Shown one piece after another: positions 37,734 through 50,403 of a stretch of 64,000 bases of DNA. Every line of letters begins with the position of its first letter. Within the stretch, counting starts at the first letter, position 1. The DNA is taken from the NCBI GenBank assembly GCA_035084275.1, contig CM068747.1, positions 21,762,001 through 21,826,000 on the forward strand. Reading direction: 5' to 3'. The notes under the pieces are model-generated. The model saw nothing but the letters and a program-made list of their open reading frames with translations, had not been told where the DNA came from and made no database searches. The translations under genes were made by a program, and so were the position numbers. The DNA comes from Hydrolagus colliei. Lineage: Eukaryota.

Positions 37734-37925
37734 CAGTGGCTTCCAAACTTTAAATAGCGGCGCTCCCCCTAACTCAGCAAAGTTTTTGTTGTGCCCACAC
37801 TCCTTCACACTCACTGAGGTCCTCGGCTCCACACTCACTCGGGGGCTCGAGACTCTAAAGCTCCACCCCCACCCCCCTGCCAGTACCCCCCAAGGGAGGC
37901 GCGCCCCACAGTTTGGAAACCACTG
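37734..37925. mobile_element. hAT-Charlie-like MITE (copy B)
   Basis: TIRs CAGTGGCTTCCAAACT / AGTTTGGAAACCACTG and a perfect 8-bp TSD CTCTACTC with central TA (37726-37733, 37926-37933). Confidence 0.92.
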
Positions 37926-38582
37926 CTCTACTCTGTGAATTCAGGCTTCCTGTACCTCCCTTCCTTTAGCCCTACCATCAGTTGTCAAGCTTTTAGTTAT
38001 AAACCCCTCTTGAATTCACCCCCGCCTCCACCCACAAAATCTCTCCACCTCACGCCCTGCTTCTTCGTCTTCAGAAAGCTGCGTCATCTTACCCATCACC
38101 CAGCCTCATCCTCCAGATCATAGTGGGCCAACTTGCGCCCCTCTCGCCTCCTTCCCTACTTGCTCAGTGTTCCACTTATTGTTCCACAGATTCAGTGAGA
38201 AGTATTTTGACACGTTATCCTCCATTGAAGACAAGTGCGAATTTTCGTCGCAAAACCTTTTATGAACTGCAACTTCAGCTGCCAAACCTTCCATTTAAAC
38301 AGAAAATCTAAGCTCAAGTTTCTAGCTGCAGAAACGAGAGTGTGCCAGATTGTACCTTTGATTGCAGGACGTATTCAATAATTGCTTGAAAGAAAATGAT
38401 GATAAACTTGACAGGCTCAGTGTGAATGATTTGACATTTCTAAATACCTTTGACTAACAGTACGCTAAAGTCAATATAGCACTGTAGTGAGTCTACAATT
38501 ATTTGTTTCTGATCAATAAAGACTTAATTACAGAAAATTAACGCCTGACATATGCCCTTGATAATAGTTTTATCAATTATCC

Positions 38583-38840
38583 TGGGTTGAGAAACCTAGT
38601 TTCGATTCCCAGTAGGGCAAAACCGTGGGCAATTTTCCTTACTTCACACGCTTGATACTAATCCCTCAAAATAAAAAACAATAATAAATTGGTCACTTCA
38701 ATGCTTGACTATGTGCAATTGGCTGCCGCGTTTCGCCCACAAATATACAGTCAATTCACTCGCAGTATATTCTGTGTAGCGCTTTGAGACATCTAGAAGA
38801 CATGAAAAGCACTATATCAAAGCAAAGATTATTATTATTA
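38583..38840 (+). mobile_element. tRNA-derived SINE, first of a tandem pair
   Basis: TTCGATTCCC B box, core TGTGCAATTGGCTGCCGCGTTTCGCCCAC, tail. Confidence 0.88.
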
Positions 38841-38859
38841 TCTATAAGATGTGAAAACA

Positions 38860-39176
38860 CTATAGCTCAGTGGTTAGAGCATTCGCCTTACAAGCGTGAG
38901 ACCTGTGTTCGAATCCTGGCAGATCAGGGCAAATCCTTGGGCAGGTTTCCTTACTCCACATGCCTAATAATAATACTCAGTCCAAAAAAAGCAACAATAA
39001 TAAAATTGGTCATTTCAATCCACGGCTGTTTGTGGGACACTGCTGTGCACAATCGGCTGTAGCATTTCGCCCACAAATATACAGTCAATTCACTTTACAG
39101 TATACTCTGTGAAGCACATTGAGATGTCTAGAAGAAGTGAAAAGCGCTATATCAAATGCAAGTATTATTATTATTA
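38860..39176 (+). mobile_element. tRNA-derived SINE, second of a tandem pair
   Basis: TAGCTCAGTGGTTAGAGC head, GTTCGAATCC, core, and tail ending (TTA)n. Confidence 0.92.
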
Positions 39177-39350
39177 CAGTAAAAGCTCGTTTATCCAGCA
39201 CCCTCGAGACCTGACCAATGCCGGTTAAATGGCATGCCGGATATTCGGAAGAAAACCCAACACAAAATGTTTAAACTTTCTTTTAAACATACCATATTAA
39301 TACAGTATTATGCATTATAAGTGATCAACGGTGATTATAGAACTCGAGGT
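39177..39350 (+). mobile_element. Tigger-like MITE left-end fragment (family of 41560-42813)
   Basis: TA|CAGTAAAAGCTCGTTTATCCAGCACCCTCGAGACCTGACCAATGCCGGTTAAA matches 41560 onward. Confidence 0.8.
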
Positions 39351-41559
39351 CCCTGGATACATGAAAAGGGCATCACTAAATCTTCATACTTTTATGATAT
39401 AAACTGTAGAACATAATAGATGGCTCCATTGAGAGATGCAGTGCACTGTCCCTCTGATGACTTGAACACCATATCAGTTATTGTCAGATTCCCAGCATCT
39501 GTAGTATTTTGTGTTTTGTTGATATTAGTTATTGTGTTTGAGGAGAGATTACTATCGGTCTCCACCCCTTTCTGTTGATAATTTTAAACAATAAAATGCT
39601 AGTGGTTCTTGGGGAAATTGCAGAACCTGACAACGTTTGAGACTGAATTAAAATATGCAACAGAAGTGGCAAGATCACTAAAACTTTCCGGGTTAATTAC
39701 TTTCTCTGCCATTAAAGTCATTTTCTACACACTGTCAACCGTTGTAATTCCTTCTAGATACTTTCCCCATTGATCTCATGAACGCCATACTACTAAGCAA
39801 AAATAATTCCCAAATCAACAAAAGCAAGCTGGAAAATGTAAGGTTGCTATGAACTTACAAATTATTAAATTATTTTCACTGAAATGTTAAGGACAAAGAT
39901 TTCGCTTTCAGCCAGTAATGAGCAGGCACCTAAATCAGGATCTAGCGAGGGACATTGCCATGCAGGATTCCAGCAGTGAGGTATAATAAGATAACATTAT
40001 CAGTCATCACTGCTCTAACCCTGACAAAATAAGGCTCAGGAAAAAAAATTATGCGAGACACCCAGGTGAGGTCAAAAACAGAAGCATAAACTTGGAAGAA
40101 AGTTTGACATAACCATGCTTAACCCAGGCATTATGGAGAAAAATTCCCCGAAGATTTTCTGACAGCAAATCTTTTTCTAGCTGCCAGGATAAGTAGGACA
40201 GTCTCTTCTGAAAGTCATGACTGAGCAAAGACTTGTAATCAGAACTGGGTCTGCCACTGTCAATATCATATATTTTGATCATTCAGGTTTCAATTTTGTC
40301 TCGCCCTGTGGGGAGCAATCCTGCAGAAATTTGGTTAAATCCAACTGAATGACAGAAGAGGGACATATATAGGTGACACATATCCACTAACAAGTCACTG
40401 TGGAGGGAGCCTTATGTCCTGGGGGTAATGATACTGCAAGACAAATCTTTTCACCTTCACGTTGAGCTACTTATCCCAAATTGGAGTTTCCCATATAGAT
40501 GGTCACAATCCAAATGAATGAGAAAGGTTTCCTTTAAGAGATATGTTTCCCTGGAGGCCACCAAGTTATGTTTACTATATGACGATTGTTTTTATTTTAA
40601 GGGCCAGGTTGCTTTGGTGAGGCATCTACGAAGCTCTGGGACATCTTCTCTTTTGTGCGAGAACAGAAAATAAACAGTTGACAGGGACTAGAGATGGGTT
40701 CTGTTGGGCTGCTAAGGGAGAAGATTGAACACTGCGAGAAATTCTAGTTAGTTGTTATGTACTTCCTCTCATAAGAGACCCAACGCTCTCTGAGGGATAT
40801 ACTGTAATCTCAAAATAGTGCAAACAATGTCTCCATGAAACATATGCAGAAAAAGAGATCAAAGAAACTAAACAAAGGATAGGGGTGGAGTAGAGATCAG
40901 GTATCCATTTACAACTCTGCGGATAAAATCAACCTGATGAATACTGTTTTCCTCTAAAGGTGGGCCTGGAAATTCTTTAATAAATATTGGTTAGAAGAAA
41001 CACACTTTCTTCCTGGTCCTAGTAGGCCAATTTTTATTTGATGAAAATTTGACAGGTATATATGCCTTTATTGAAGGTTCACTTTAAACAAGCAATTTTT
41101 TTTGTTTTGGCATTCAGTTGTCAAGAATGCAGCAGAACCTTAGGTATTCTACTGCAGGGAAAGTTTAGGGGAAGTGGCAATGAATGTTGGATTAGAAGTG
41201 GATAATCTCTTCTCAGTCTTCTGCCAATAACATTAATTGCAAAGCTCCAAGCAGTATATATGCATCCACTATTGAAGTGGCAATCACCTGGTGAGAAAAC
41301 AAGAGGGCTCGATCGATATAACAAGACATAGAGACCTTAGGAAATGCTCCGGTTAAAAGAAGAGAACAAGTGGGGTATCAAGAGACTGAAACAAAATGAA
41401 ATCCGAGTCAGAAGCATGCAGAATTTGTCCTCGGCTCCAGCAAAAATGTGTTAGTTTTGATTCCAGCCTCTGAACAGTAAAGTTTGTTGCTGATTCAAGG
41501 CTGTGGTGAATGTCGCAATCGGAACATTTTTCTCCCAGTAACTTGTAATTTTCTAAATA

Positions 41560-42813
41560 CAGTAAAAGCCTGTTTATCCGGCACCTTCGGGACCTGGCCA
41601 ATGCCGGTTAAACTGCGTCCCAGACATTCGGTCGAATATCAACGCCGAAAACTCAACACAATTTTTTAAAACTTATTTTAACACATACCATATTAATAAT
41701 AGACTAAATAATAACAGAATATTGAATGGATACTTATCAATAAAGCAATAAATATTGATTATAGTCTATAAGCACAGCACACAATCACAAAGCAAACTTC
41801 TACAATGGCGGCCGAAATAATTTTTTTCCTCTTAAAGCAGCACTGTCGTTTTTTTCTCTTTTTTTTCATTGTTTCTCTCCTTCCTTTCCTCGCTCTCTCT
41901 TTCATACACACACACTCAGTCAGTCTGGCATCTCAATGGCTTCAACCCCAACCCCCCTCCACTCCTCTCATTTTTCATCTAAATGAATCAACTCACCCCT
42001 CTGTCTCTCCTTCCTCTCTCTCACCCTCCCACTCCTCTCTCTTTCTCTCCCCACTCTTTCCATCTCTTTCCTCCCCACCCTCTCTCTCCCTGCCTCTCTC
42101 TCCTTCTCCCACCTACCCCCCACTAAAACAGTGTATAAACCCATGATACAGTCAGACTACACAAGCAATACATAGTATCCGTCAGAGAGAGAGGGAAAGA
42201 ACGAACGCATGAACGNNNNNNNNNNNNNNNNNNNNNNNNNNNNNNNNNNNNNNNNNNNNNNNNNNNNNNNNNNNNNNNNNNNNNNNNNNNNNNNNNNNNN
42301 NNNNNNNNNNNNNNNNNNNNNNNNNNNNNNNNNNNNNNNNNNNNNNNNNNNNNNNNNNNNNNNNNNNNNNNNNNNNNNNNNNNNNNNNNNNNNNNNNNNN
42401 NNNNNNNNNNNNNNNNNNNNNNNNNNNNNNNNNNNNNNNNNNNNNNNNNNNNNNNNNNNNNNNNNNNNNNNNNNNNNNNNNNNNNNNNNNNNNNNNNNNN
42501 NNNNNNNNNNNNNNNNNNNNNNNNNNNNNNNNNNNNNNNNNNNNNNNNNNNNNNNNNNNNNNNNNNNNNNNNNNNNNNNNNNNGGGAGAGGATAAACTGA
42601 CACTGCCGCTTTAAGAGAAAAAAACGGAAGTGCCACCACCGGCAGCATTCAGAACTAATCGTACTGTACTCTCATTCGACAATTGACTCATTAAATGCGC
42701 CATTGCGATTGTGCCGGATAGGATCAGTTATTCGAATGGGGACCTTTTTTTTTGAGATGCCAGTTATATGGAAGTTATGGTTGATTGGGTTACAGATAAA
42801 CGGGCTATTACTG
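41560..42813 (+). mobile_element. Tigger-like (TcMar) non-autonomous element with CT-rich core and gap
   Basis: TA|CAGTAAAAGCCTGTTTATC ... GATAAACGGGCTATTACTG|TA (17/19 TIR match, TA TSD). Confidence 0.82.
42216..42583. other. Assembly gap (368 N)
   Basis: Run of N inside a Tigger-like element. Confidence 1.
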
Positions 42814-43124
42814 TAATTACACATGGATGTCTGGTTGTGTTGTAAGAAGCCAAATGCAAGAACTCCACAACAAATAGCAAAAGAATGTGTACTAATTGTG
42901 TGCCCTAAAACTGCAGAAATGCCAACATTGTGATAAAAACACACACAGCTATCTAGCTAAATTACCTCTCACACTCAGAATTTGAGAAATCCTGACGGCA
43001 ATTCACCCGACAAAGTTCTGATTTAAATGTGCACTGCCCACAAGTAAGATGAACATTTAAATTTATCTTTATTTAAATAACCATTTACAATAGAAGCAAA
43101 ACCACACTTTTCATTTTATATATA

Positions 43125-44027
43125 CAGGTATCCCACCCCAACTGCGGCCTCGTCAACCACGAAACTCACGCATCCACGGTTTGCTAAATGCGACAACCCT
43201 CGCAAACCACGGCAATGCGTTTTGTGCATCCGCTATTTAAATACGCTGGTTTAAATTTTCAAGTTTCACTCTTCCAAACAAGGGACCACATTCATCCGCA
43301 TATTAATGTGTATTCATTCATCTGCTCCGCGTTTCCTGCCTATCAGCATCTTTACTACCCCACGTGGTCTAGCTGCCCCCGTGGATCCACAGGTACTGTA
43401 TGTGTGCAAACAGCTAGAGTACAGCACTAGGACCCAATTTTGGTGTTGCAATCAACCAGCGACAACGCTTCTCTCTTAGGATTAAGGTAAATACAGTGAC
43501 ATGCATTTATTGTTGCTTCTCCGCAGCCTAGTTAGTAAGTTTGGAAGCATTGGCTGCCAGGATCTGCAGATCTCTCTCTCTCTCTGAGTGCATCTCGGAC
43601 TTTCGAAGGTCTCTCTCTCACCTTCTCTCTATTTCACCTTCTCTTCCACCCCCCCCCCCCCCTCCCCCACACCCCCTTCTCTCTCTCACCTCTCTATTTC
43701 ACCTTCTCTTTCCCCCACCCCTTCCCTCCCCCACCCCCCTTCTCTCTCTCACCTTCTCTCTCTCTCTCTCTCTCTCTCACTTCTCTGTCTGTGTGTACAT
43801 CAGTCAGTCAGACAGCCTCAAGGATTGATGCAGATGTGCCCAAACTTACTCCCCCTATCCCCATGTATGTTATAACTGTGTGTGTTTTTTTGTGTTTAGT
43901 TCTACGAAATGCGAACTTACTCCCCTATCCCCATGTTTCCCATAGGGCCCTGTATTTTCCAACCGCGATTTTACCAACCGCAGAGATTTACAAGAATGTA
44001 TCCCCCATGGTTGGGGAGGGATACCTG
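43125..44027. mobile_element. Tigger-like (TcMar) non-autonomous element with CT-rich core
   Basis: TA|CAGGTATCCCACCCCAAC ... GTTGGGGAGGGATACCTG|TA (17/18), flanked by (TA)n. Confidence 0.87.
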
Positions 44028-44677
44028 TATATATATATATATATATATAAATTTTATACAGATACTTGCACACTTAACTTCATCTTATAGTTGGAGCAGT
44101 TTTCAATTGGTACCCCCATTGCACTAGATCGACGAGTACCATTTTAGTTTTACTGGAAAAACAGCCTCTGGTAATTGTACCAGGCCAATTTGTCCTAAGG
44201 TAAAAGCACTAGAAATAAATCTGCTGCAGAACACAGAAAATCTTCATACACCTCAGTTCTTTATACTTTTGTGAGTTTATATAATGGATACATGATTGAT
44301 ATGTCATCTTTCAAACAGCCAAAGGTCCATCTGTAGCTATTTTAGAAGTCACAGTCCAACATGAATTTTTATTGTATAAGATGAAATTCTTCATTTTCTG
44401 CCTCAGCCTGCTCAATTTAAGTGTTTGTATTCCCAAATATTTCCCAAGAAGAGCTAAACCCGTGCTGTGAATTTATCTGTGACAATCACAGAGAAGTGCA
44501 GTGTTCATTTTCAGCTGAATTTAAATATAGTGCTCCTGAGATGAGGTGCTGACCATAGCACCATCTAGTTCAGCCAGGTTTCTATTACTCAAACTAGCAA
44601 TTCGGATCAGTTTTCCTCTAAAATTCAATATGTTTGTACGCAGCTATCTTTATGGTGCATTATGTATACTTTAACCC

Positions 44678-44850
44678 CACTCACAACTGTTTGTGGTGAC
44701 ACTGCTGTGCACAATTGGCTGCCGTGTTTTGCCCACAAGTATACAGTAAATTCACCTTACAGTGTATTCTATGAAGTGCTTTAAGATGTCTAGAAGATGT
44801 GAAAAGCGCTATATCAAATACAAGGATTATTATTATTACGGTATTATTAT
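44678..44850 (+). mobile_element. SINE 3' half
   Basis: Core ACTGCTGTGCACAATTGGCTGCCG plus tail. Confidence 0.88.
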
Positions 44851-47800
44851 TTGATTTGTGCAGGTAAGTTTGAAAGTGCGTTGGCTAATATGGCACACAG
44901 AACTTGAATTGCTACAGGTTAGGTCAGGCTGAACAAGACCTCCATAGCAACTATCCTAATGCAAAATCTTCTAAAAAATAGAAGGAACCTTGTACGACCA
45001 TTTTTGTTCTTGATACACAATAGAACACAGTTTTTAAATTATTGCTTGACATTGTTATGATGCAAAAAATACTTATTAGGAACTTAAATGTATTATTTGT
45101 AACAACTCGCTGTTCAGCCTGTTGGAAGTATAAAACCCTTGTACAGTATTTAGTGTCTTATGGTAGCTATCTGATGTCATAGCAACCAAATTTCTTATTG
45201 ACATTCCCATCATAACCTTTAAATGTAGAGATCAAATGCTATCAGCTTTTAGGGAGAAAATTACATTTCACACCAACAACAGCTTTTCAGAAAGGTCATG
45301 CAACAGGATATGTAATAGAGCTGTAGTCTAAAAGCAATGTGTAATTATTTGCACCCAATTTCAATTGTACTGTGGTTTGTAACTCAACAACTTTAGCCAC
45401 TACAAAATAGTATGGGTACACTACAAAATAGAAATGGTAGAAAAATGTCATTATAAGCGTTTTGATCATTTTAATGGGTAATATTTGGTAAAGAATCCCA
45501 TAAATAGCAGATGGAAACTTGTTTAATGGCCTTTTTCATTGATCGGTAGCATTTAAAAGAAAATGTGCTGTTAAACGTTTGGATTCATGACAGATATGTG
45601 CAGATGTGCGCGATTCGTATGTATTTTTAGGTTATCTTAGGGCACTTAGCTGATGGATAAATTGATACTGGAGTTGCACTTGTCAAAGACTGAAGGTTCA
45701 TCATTCATCAATTTGTTTCACAAGACATTATCTGTCAAGAATGAAGATCTAGCTTTCTGATCAATGATCATTGTATTAGCTAGTAGGAACGGTAGAAGGC
45801 CCTTCTCTAGCAATGTCTGTGTGTTATGAAATTACCCTGATGGCTATATGACTGAGTACTTTACTGGTATCTCTTCCTGTCCCTGTTAATCACCCATTAC
45901 CTGCAAGCATATCCATCAATGCACTGCATCCCACAGCATCTCTACTAATGGGATCCACCATGGCATCAGAACTGGGAAATGAGACTTTAACAAGGTCAGA
46001 AAAAGATAAGTTTATTAGCTCACTTCTAGGATGCCGCACACGGCAAGATGCCTAAAGCATTCATTAGATGAATAGCTGGGGAATAATATGCATAAAGGAT
46101 CTAGCAACAAGCATTTATAGGGCTTACAAATGTCTGTTTACAAAATTATTGTTTCCAGCAATGCCTAATGAACGACAACCTCATGTTTTGTGTGACAGAT
46201 GGACCAGACAGCACCTACGTAAGTTCCCCACTGTCTCTGTCACACACTTGGCTGCATTGAGCAGGCACTGCCTTGTATATGAGAAATAGTGAGCACTGCT
46301 GAGACTCTGGGACCTAGACTAGTCCACTGTATAACCGAGCTCTTCTAATTAACAGCTACTGGTTGATTGATTTAGTTTGGTCGAAACATCTGTCTACTTT
46401 TTTCTTTAAAAAGGGGCATACAATTGCTCTTTAGTGTATGTTTCGAAAGCAATACATTTAAAGTTAGAAAACCAATGCTGCTGCACGGGAATGGTTTGGC
46501 AGACAGTGCAGATGATTTGTAAATTGTGCCAGCACACAGAGGCAGCTCTAGAGGGAGCCAGAGTTGAAGAGCAACCTTATGGGTTGAGCTGCTGTTATGC
46601 TGCAGCATGCTGACATTTTAAACACAAAACCACAAACCACTAAACTGGTTCAGGATACTGATGACGGGTGTCTTTTTAAAGTTTCAATTTCCATTTTGTT
46701 GCTCTGCAATACAAAGCCCCAAACAGGTAAATAGTTCAGCAGCAAGGAAACGCTGTTGTGCCACACCAATCAACTTGGGTTCAAATCCCTTGGATGATAC
46801 ACTTTTTATCTGACCACTGTTGTTTCAACCAGACTGTTAACTGCACCACTGAGTGCCTTGTTATGGCAGGGAGCTGCATACCAAAGAGTGGGCAAAAACT
46901 GACACAGTTGGCTTATCCTATTGAACTAGACATTGGTGTAATTATACACTGACATCATCAGTGAATGCTCTCTCTCTGTACTAGATAACTAGATTATCCT
47001 GATGGCTGGGGAGAATAGTAGAGAGGAAATGGTAATGGTGATGCTGGCATTCTGAGAAGGACAGGCTTTACCTGAAAAGGGGTACAATCTGTTGGTGTCT
47101 CTTAAATAAATTAAGGACACTTTAGGGAATACTGCTAATATTATCCCTGTTATATTCTTGTAATGCACCAACTAACAATATGACATTTTTGTTTCAATCC
47201 CCAAGACATTAGGATGCACTCAATGCTTAACTTCATCCAAGATATTAGCTGGTAGAGATCTTCATCCTGCATACTTATTGAGAGCTTATCATTTTGTTCC
47301 ATTGAAGAATTATGGTTTTATCTCAAGGGATCCTGGATGAGAGGAACTAAATGTAACCATAATTTTCACTCCCTTCTCTGCTCCACAGTTGACATTAATA
47401 CTTATATAAAAAAAATAGTAATTGTCTGGCAGTCGAATGCCACTCACTGTGCGTATGAATAAGGCATTTTTCAAAGTGTCTGGTTATAACTAGATTCATC
47501 CCATCGCACATAGGCACACTTTATTAACACCCAAGAGATAGCAAATTGACACAGATCGGTATTTAGAAAGTCGAAGAATTAAGCATGTCATGAAATGTTG
47601 CATTTTGACCCAAGGAGTATAAAATGCAAGTATAATATGCTGCATTGTGCAATGAAGTAAATCTTACCAAGTACAGGTAAAGAAATACACATTGGTGTTC
47701 ACACCACCATGAAGCTTTCAATTTCAAAATCTGAATAACTTTACCACTTAAAAAAGAAAGGAAAGAACAATTGAAGATTTGAAGTTGAAAAACAAGTTCC

Positions 47801-48773
47801 CCTTGTCAGTGAGCATTAAGTTTAGGTTGAAAATTGGTTGATCTTAGAGACTGCTCATCTCTTGACTAACATGCAGACTTGGCAGGCATGACTGGTGATA
47901 AGATTGTTATACACTTCCAAGAGTCTGAAAGGTGTCCTTCCATTTATATCTCTACAGGCTGAGACAAATGTAATCTGACTACTAAAGGGAGGTAAGGTAT
48001 GAATTTTTTTTTGTTTCAGCTGGCAAAAACAATGGTTTCATATCACCCACATATTATTATTATTATCAAAGAGAAAATCAGGTTAGCAAAATTGAAAGAA
48101 AATTTCATTTAAACAGTGTATTTATTCCATTTGGTATCGTTGATAAATATGAATTATTTTTCTTTGGGTAATTGCATTTATAAGATTTTATTCTATAGGA
48201 GTGAACACTATTTTCACTGTCCAGACAAAATATAATTTACTCAAGGAAAAAAACAAAGACAATATTCCACTCAACCGTAATATCAATTAAACCCACCAAG
48301 TTTGTGCATCAATAGAGAGCAAATCTAAGGTCAGCGTGATTTCACACTTCAATTACAATTCAAACCCATAAAATAAATGGAATACAAATTTCTCTCAGGT
48401 CACGGTGAGCTCTGGGAATTCACTCATTTGTGAAGACATTGTTGATAACTCACTTCTTTTTTTCCTGTTTGTTTACTTTGGCAATTTCTATAGTCATAGC
48501 CACACAACCTCATTGCCCATTTCATATTGCAGTTAACACAAGTTATATTGTTCATGCTCCCTGGGTCTTTCATAACAAGGAAGTATCACAGGATGCTCAG
48601 TGAGCAGTACAAATACAATGAATGGAAGAGATTGCTTAATTGGTAAATGTCCTCCTTAAATGAGTGTTTCATTTAGCAACTGAATATTCTATTCAACCAC
48701 AATCCCGTTCTATAAAATTGTGCTTTGGTCACACTTTTGGACTTTGTTAAGCCGAACTTTATTCACTGTCCAC

Positions 48774-49335
48774 TAGTTTCCGTCAATATTGAATTTTTCC
48801 GGTATCGATATATCGGTGGGCTCATATCGATATATACCGATATATCGATATCACCAGGTGTTTTTTTTACTCACGTTCCAAACCTTAAGTATGAATGAAT
48901 GGCTTGGGAAGGTTGTGCGCAAGTCTGATTGTGTTTGGTGGTTGGGGGAAGGGAAGAAGGGGGATGCTCGCGCATTCAGATAGGCGTGCTCTACTCCAAG
49001 GAGGTTTGCAATGCAGGCGACAAGGTCTGTTGAAAGTCTGTTGAACTTTGTTACTGTTTTTGTTGTTTGTTGTTGTTGATAGAGCCCTTTGGCGCTTTAA
49101 GAAAATTAAGCTCTTGTGTGCGTTGTGTTGTCAAGTACATTTGAACCTTTGGTTGTATATTTTCTGTATGCTGTAACATGGCATTTGTTGATGATATACC
49201 GATATTTTGTGGATACCGATTTTTTTTCATACCAAATTTTTAGATTTACTGATATATTTAAATTTCCAATATCAGGATATCGATATGAAAAATTACATGG
49301 ATATAACCGATATATCGATATATCGCCGGACACCA
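48774..49335. mobile_element. Non-autonomous hAT element related to 29986-30889
   Basis: Ends TAGTTTCCGTCAATAT / ATATCGCCGGACACCA, shared subterminal GATATATCG.TGGGCTCATATCGA.ATATACCGA.ATATCGATAT, and a degenerate 8-bp TSD CTGTCCAC / CGGTCCAA. Confidence 0.85.
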
Positions 49336-50102
49336 CGGTCCAATTAGATATTTATTCACGGATCATGCGCTTTGATTTCTTACGGAGAACCTTTAATTGA
49401 GTATACGATTAAACTGATGGTGCAATTTTCTGATTTTGGATGTGGAGACTTGACACAAGATTTATTCAGAAGAAAGGGAGACAGAAATAAAGAGCTAACA
49501 TTGTGGGAGAGAAAGGTAAGGATTAGCCCATTTGGGGAGAAAAGAAGGACCAGGCCTGCATGGTGCTCAATATACAGACAGTAATAACTCCTGGAAGATG
49601 TTTTGGTTAGTACAATACACTGTATTGCATGTGGTAACCTGATTTTGATTGTTTTCAGATCCACAATGAGGCTAGGTCCAGTTATTGTGGATATCCTGCT
49701 CACTCACCACTTCAGTACTTAATTTGGCAGTGTGTTTGCCATTGAAAGTATTCCTTATTCCATATAGTTTTTTGGAAGTTCTTTGTTGTCTACCCTCCGT
49801 GACAACCTGCTGGAAACGCATCATGTCAGGTCACAAAGAAAAAAGTCACACAGGTGACATATGTACTGGGCCTGTCAGCAAACAATTCTAGTTGCAGGAG
49901 TCCAGACTGGCAGCTTTCCAAGTTCTAGATGCCAGTCCCAGAGCTGTCAGTAATGTGGAAAAATTAGCACAGGCCGAGCACAGAACAGCATGGTCTGACT
50001 TGGGAGGTCTTCACGAGGTGGCCAATGAGGGGAGAAAGACAGATTTCTTCAAGGTGTAAGGACATATAGCGTACAATTTTACTGCTTCAAAGCTGTTACC
50101 TT

Positions 50103-50403
50103 GAATAATAATAATCCTTACATTTGATATAGTGCTTTTCACATCTTATCGACGTCTCAGAGCTTCACAGTATATTCTGTAAAGTGAATTTACTGCATAT
50201 TTGTGGGCAAAACGCGGCAGCCGATTGTGCACAGCAGTGACCCACAAACAGTCGAGGATTGAAATGACCAATTTTTATTATTGTGCTTTTTTTGGACGGA
50301 TTATTATTAGGCATGTGGAGTAAGGAAACTGATCTGCCTGGATTCAAACACAGATCTCACGCTTTTTAGGCGAGTGCTCTGACCACTGAGCTACAGGAGC
50401 TCC
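50103..50403 (-). mobile_element. tRNA-derived SINE, near full length (the only clear minus-strand copy)
   Basis: Reverse complement of the head (CCACTGAGCTACAGGAGCTCC), core and tail. Confidence 0.92.

Noticed and set aside
38860-38925. tRNA gene (also 472-535, 26296-26355, 50340-50400, 56100-56170)
   Set aside because: A/B boxes are present, but there is no intact acceptor stem, the anticodon differs between copies (TGC, CGC, TAC), and each continues into the SINE body. These are SINE heads.
42157-42648. ORFs spanning N runs (also 5785-6300)
   Set aside because: Artefacts of assembly gaps.
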